Origin: an uncultured Thiotrichales bacterium
Lineage (GTDB): Bacteria; Pseudomonadota; Gammaproteobacteria; Francisellales; CACEW01
Direction: 5' to 3'
Length of the DNA stretch: 64,000 nt
NCBI GenBank assembly: GCA_903870015.1
Contig: CAIQBE010000006.1
Location: 12,468 to 76,467, forward strand
Shown here piece after piece: positions 60,528 through 64,000 of this stretch; the stretch's first letter is position 1; each line of letters begins with the position of its first letter. Under the pieces are notes generated by a model. It had not been told where the DNA came from. It did not search any database and was given only the letters and a program-made list of their open reading frames with translations. The position numbers and the translations under genes are program-made.

Positions 60528-63434
60528 ATGAATGCCCCAAATGCTCCCGCCTATAGCAAACTCATCAATAACGACACCCTCACTGAAGCTCACAATATTC
60601 CCACCACCAAAAACATTCTGGCGCATGAAGATACTTGGCAAACGCATAATCCAGAAACCGCAAGCCTTGCTGACACTCATCTCTTGGCCGTTAAAAGCGC
60701 GATCAGTCAGAATGCTGGCGCTTATGTCAATCAGCATGATCTTAGCCAGCATGATAATTATTTAGACTATGCTGCCACGCGCGATAAAGGCTTTAGTGCT
60801 GGGCCAAACACCGATGTCACCTGGAATAAAACCCATGAAGGCAATCACCACACTATGCATGCGGGCACCATGACGCAAACGCGTAAGGTACAAAATGACA
60901 CCTGCGCGATTCACGCACCCGACATTCACTACCAATATAGCCAACGCGATACCACCATGAGTGGCAACACCTTCAGCCACTCAAGCGTTCATGCCGCCAT
61001 CACCACAGGCAATGAACAATCATTTATCAACAAAGCCCTTGAAAGTGCCCCGACCCATCAAGAAACCCTGGGCCAGAGCAATGAGCGTTATGGCACGCAA
61101 AACTTTAATTACAATACAATGAGCACCATCGCCAGTCAATTCACTCATAATGGCCCACTTGTGATCAGGGCTAAGCAGTTTGATTTAGCCAATTTGACCG
61201 CGAACACGATTAATCCACATCCCCAAAACCCAGGGCCTGCCACTAACTCAAGGACTAGCATCCAAATTGTGATTGGCGACCAAAGCAATATTCAAAGCCC
61301 AACTACTACCCCTAAACTTCATGATTATTTACAAGGCATTAGCGCTAATTTTGTTGTGATCAAGCAAGATGGCTCAGAATTAGCTTTTGGTGGTGCTGCG
61401 GCAAGCCTAAGTGATTCCGTGTATGCGATCGCTCAGGTGCTTCCCAATTCAACGAATCAAAGCAACTCTTTTGATATTAAAGCGGTGCAAGTGACTTTAT
61501 CGCATAATGGCTGCAACGACACTGATACGAATCTTGCTGTCAACATCATTGCCCAAAATACTCAAGCGATCTTTCCAACAAATACGCTTACCATCCCCCA
61601 AAGTACTTGGGAGCAAAATAAGCACGTCGATCAACAGGGCAATGTGGCTTACATTCTCTATGTAAATGTGCTGGCTCCGGCTCTAATATTTAACTTTAGA
61701 CATGATTATTGGGAGGATCAACTCACGGGAGATGATAAGGATAATTACGCCGTGCTCAAACACTATTTTAACAAAGCGCCTTATACAGGCGTCGTTCGCA
61801 CCACGCCACTTTGCGCACAAGAGCTCGATTTCTTTGCAGCCATGGGCAAGAATGTGACCCTATTCATCCACGGCTATAATGTTGGCTTTGGTACATGGCC
61901 CATGGGTTTAAGCCCCACCGAAACCACCATTGGGGATCAAAAAACTTTTACCCTGACACCCGCAAACCCCTCGGTTTCATTATGCCGTGATGATGATTAC
62001 TGCAAAACGGCTTACCCACAAGTGCCATCGAGCGCTTTAAATCTGCTAAATCTTGAGCAAAGATATGGCAGCAATGCGCATAAATGGCTGTTGTGCATGG
62101 AGCACTCTCTTAACAAAGCCGCGGGCTTTGATGGGCAAGATTACTCTAAATATACCCGCTTGATTGGTATTTCTTGGCAAGGGGATCCTGCCAGCCCCTT
62201 GGATTATAGTGTTGCCAATAGCACCACGCTCTTCCCTGCTGAAAAAATCTTTGCGCTTGTGCAACAATTGCATCAGCATGGCATCAAAATTAACCTCATG
62301 GCCCACTCCTTAGGCAATGGCGTATTAATGCGGGTCTTGGATCAATGTGGCGCCAATGGCATTCAGATTGACCATGCCTTTATGTGGGATGCCGCCATTC
62401 CCAATAGTGTTTTTGATGATAATTCCCAGAAAAAGTTTATGCCCCTGATGTTAAGCAATCCCATGACCGGCAAGGCACAACAAATCCCCTACGAATTTAA
62501 CTTCCCCAATGCCGCCAAAGGCGTCAAGTTAGTTTCAATCCTTTATAGCCAACAAGACACCGTGCTAGGCGCCATTCCCTCAGGCGATGGCACCTGGAAT
62601 GTCCTACATCAAACCACCGATGACCCAGGCGCAGGTCTTGCCCTTGCCCTCACCGCAGGCGGCACTCAAACTCTAAGCGATGTTTTAGCCGTCGGTGGTG
62701 TTAAGCGCCCATTAAATAGCGTTTACTATATCTCGAACCTATTCACCTATCCACTTTCATTCTTCACGAGCGGCGCTCAAAATCTTTTAGAGAATTACTA
62801 TCAAAGCTTTTGTGATACCTATGCTCAAGCCCCCGCCACTACTCCATACTGGCAAGATAAAAATGGCACCATCATTAATTTCGCCACAGATCTTAAGACA
62901 CAAAGAGCCATGATCGCATCCAAATACCCAAGATTATTTAATCTTATCTCCAATGGTGCACTCATAGGCGATAAAGATTCTACCGCCACCAAAGCCAGTT
63001 ATAATGATTTAAGCGATAAAGAAAAGGCCACCGCTGCAGCGCTTGATGCCTTGCACCTCCTAACGCCACTTGCTGGCAAAGCATTCGCCACAGGCGACTC
63101 ACTCACCCCACAAGGCGAACATGCCAATGATGTGGCAACGATTATTCTGTCAGGGCTGCTATGTATGGAAGCGCAACCGGATCAGGCGCTTGGGTATATG
63201 GGGATTTCAGCCTCACAACCATCGTACAGTTTAATCAATGCTGGCAAAATATTTCAATCAGGCCAAACTAAACCAGGGACGCAGCCTACGGATACAGATC
63301 ACTACTTATGCATGGATCATAATGCGATGCTCTTTCCAACGCCGGATTTTATGACCTATATCTACAAGGGAGTTTTGCTTAATGCACAGACTAATATAAA
63401 ATTTCAATTCTTTGGCAAATGGAAGCCTGCATGA
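60528..63434 (+). CDS. alpha/beta-hydrolase (DUF900/Tle-like) toxin with a needle-like N-terminal extension
   Basis: LFIHGYN, MAHSLGN nucleophile elbow, candidate D677 and H931; Thr/His/Asn-rich beta N-terminus ending VIRAKQFDLAN. Confidence 0.8.
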   Translation: MNAPNAPAYSKLINNDTLTEAHNIPTTKNILAHEDTWQTHNPETASLADTHLLAVKSAISQNAGAYVNQHDLSQHDNYLDYAATRDKGFSAGPNTDVTWNKTHEGNHHTMHAGTMTQTRKVQNDTCAIHAPDIHYQYSQRDTTMSGNTFSHSSVHAAITTGNEQSFINKALESAPTHQETLGQSNERYGTQNFNYNTMSTIASQFTHNGPLVIRAKQFDLANLTANTINPHPQNPGPATNSRTSIQIVIGDQSNIQSPTTTPKLHDYLQGISANFVVIKQDGSELAFGGAAASLSDSVYAIAQVLPNSTNQSNSFDIKAVQVTLSHNGCNDTDTNLAVNIIAQNTQAIFPTNTLTIPQSTWEQNKHVDQQGNVAYILYVNVLAPALIFNFRHDYWEDQLTGDDKDNYAVLKHYFNKAPYTGVVRTTPLCAQELDFFAAMGKNVTLFIHGYNVGFGTWPMGLSPTETTIGDQKTFTLTPANPSVSLCRDDDYCKTAYPQVPSSALNLLNLEQRYGSNAHKWLLCMEHSLNKAAGFDGQDYSKYTRLIGISWQGDPASPLDYSVANSTTLFPAEKIFALVQQLHQHGIKINLMAHSLGNGVLMRVLDQCGANGIQIDHAFMWDAAIPNSVFDDNSQKKFMPLMLSNPMTGKAQQIPYEFNFPNAAKGVKLVSILYSQQDTVLGAIPSGDGTWNVLHQTTDDPGAGLALALTAGGTQTLSDVLAVGGVKRPLNSVYYISNLFTYPLSFFTSGAQNLLENYYQSFCDTYAQAPATTPYWQDKNGTIINFATDLKTQRAMIASKYPRLFNLISNGALIGDKDSTATKASYNDLSDKEKATAAALDALHLLTPLAGKAFATGDSLTPQGEHANDVATIILSGLLCMEAQPDQALGYMGISASQPSYSLINAGKIFQSGQTKPGTQPTDTDHYLCMDHNAMLFPTPDFMTYIYKGVLLNAQTNIKFQFFGKWKPA

Positions 63435-64000
63435 AGAAGCGAATTCAGAAAATCATTTTAACTGGCTTTTCGTGCTTATCCCTAACTGCTTGCGGGGACC
63501 CTAATCGAGGCCCTTCAGATTTAAACATGGTCATCAGCGCTTCTAGTAATGGACACTATGCCATTGCTACGAACACCAACCAGCAAGCTATTCTATGGAA
63601 TTTACAAAAACATAGTTATAAAATTATTTGGAAAGACGCGAATATTTATAGCGCTTACTTCATTAAAAATACTGATGACCTCATGTTTCAAGATGATAAG
63701 ACTAATGATGTTTACATTGAAGATGTTAATGGAAATATAATCAAAAAATTTAATCCAGGCATTGCTACCTTCGGAGAACTTGCAACGTCAGATTTAAAAA
63801 ATTACTTTGCCTCTGATCGTTGGTTTCAGTTGCATAAAACCAACTTAACCACAGATCAGACCAAACAATTTTATTACTACTATTGCGGACCTAATTACAA
63901 GGATGGTGTCATTCCACCTGCTGGCATGCCATATGCCTGCGATGAATTTATCGGAACGGGACAACTATTCAACTTAAGCTTAGCACCTGATAATAGCAAA
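63431..64000 (+). CDS. lipoprotein with beta-propeller-like sequence, candidate immunity protein (runs off window)
   Basis: ATGA overlap with the hydrolase stop; MKKRIQKIILTGFSCLSLTAC lipobox; SASSNGHYAI...AILWNL WD40-like blade; frame open to window end. Confidence 0.8.
   Translation, partial: MKKRIQKIILTGFSCLSLTACGDPNRGPSDLNMVISASSNGHYAIATNTNQQAILWNLQKHSYKIIWKDANIYSAYFIKNTDDLMFQDDKTNDVYIEDVNGNIIKKFNPGIATFGELATSDLKNYFASDRWFQLHKTNLTTDQTKQFYYYYCGPNYKDGVIPPAGMPYACDEFIGTGQLFNLSLAPDNSK

Noticed and set aside
63549-63740. 63-aa ORF in the track
   Set aside because: Alternative frame inside the lipoprotein gene starting at 63431.

Overview
About 64 kb of chromosome from a moderately AT-rich, probably host-associated gammaproteobacterium (Legionellales/Coxiella-like by gene content; this is inference). 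Housekeeping blocks are sucA-sdhCDAB, mnmE, gyrA-cmk-rpsA, yraN-gmhA-tsaD, rplM-rpsI-sspAB, birA, queH, mdh, tapT, dinG and an old yellow enzyme. Four accessory themes stand out. (i) A 15-kb, single-strand, rearranged Dot/Icm type IVB secretion cluster (icmD-like, dotDCB, icmT, dotL, icmV, dotA, icmX, three unrecognised ORFs, dotI, icmS) with a duplicated 55-bp promoter/RBS module. (ii) Several large unrecognised ORFs that look like translocated effectors, including one with an RNase III catalytic domain flanked by two paralogous ORFs, one of which starts inside a 7-bp tandem repeat. (iii) A T6SS-type spike kit with no T6SS core in the window: DUF4150-DUF3540-DUF2169/pentapeptide, plus a needle-like/alpha-beta-hydrolase fusion and a coupled lipoprotein, with related promoters. 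(iv) Small items missed by the ORF track: a 40-aa secreted peptide, higB and rhuM remnants and palindromic repeats; also a class III cyclase that appears catalytically dead. No rRNA, tRNA, CRISPR array or transposase was seen. All family calls come from recognising motifs by eye, not from database searches.
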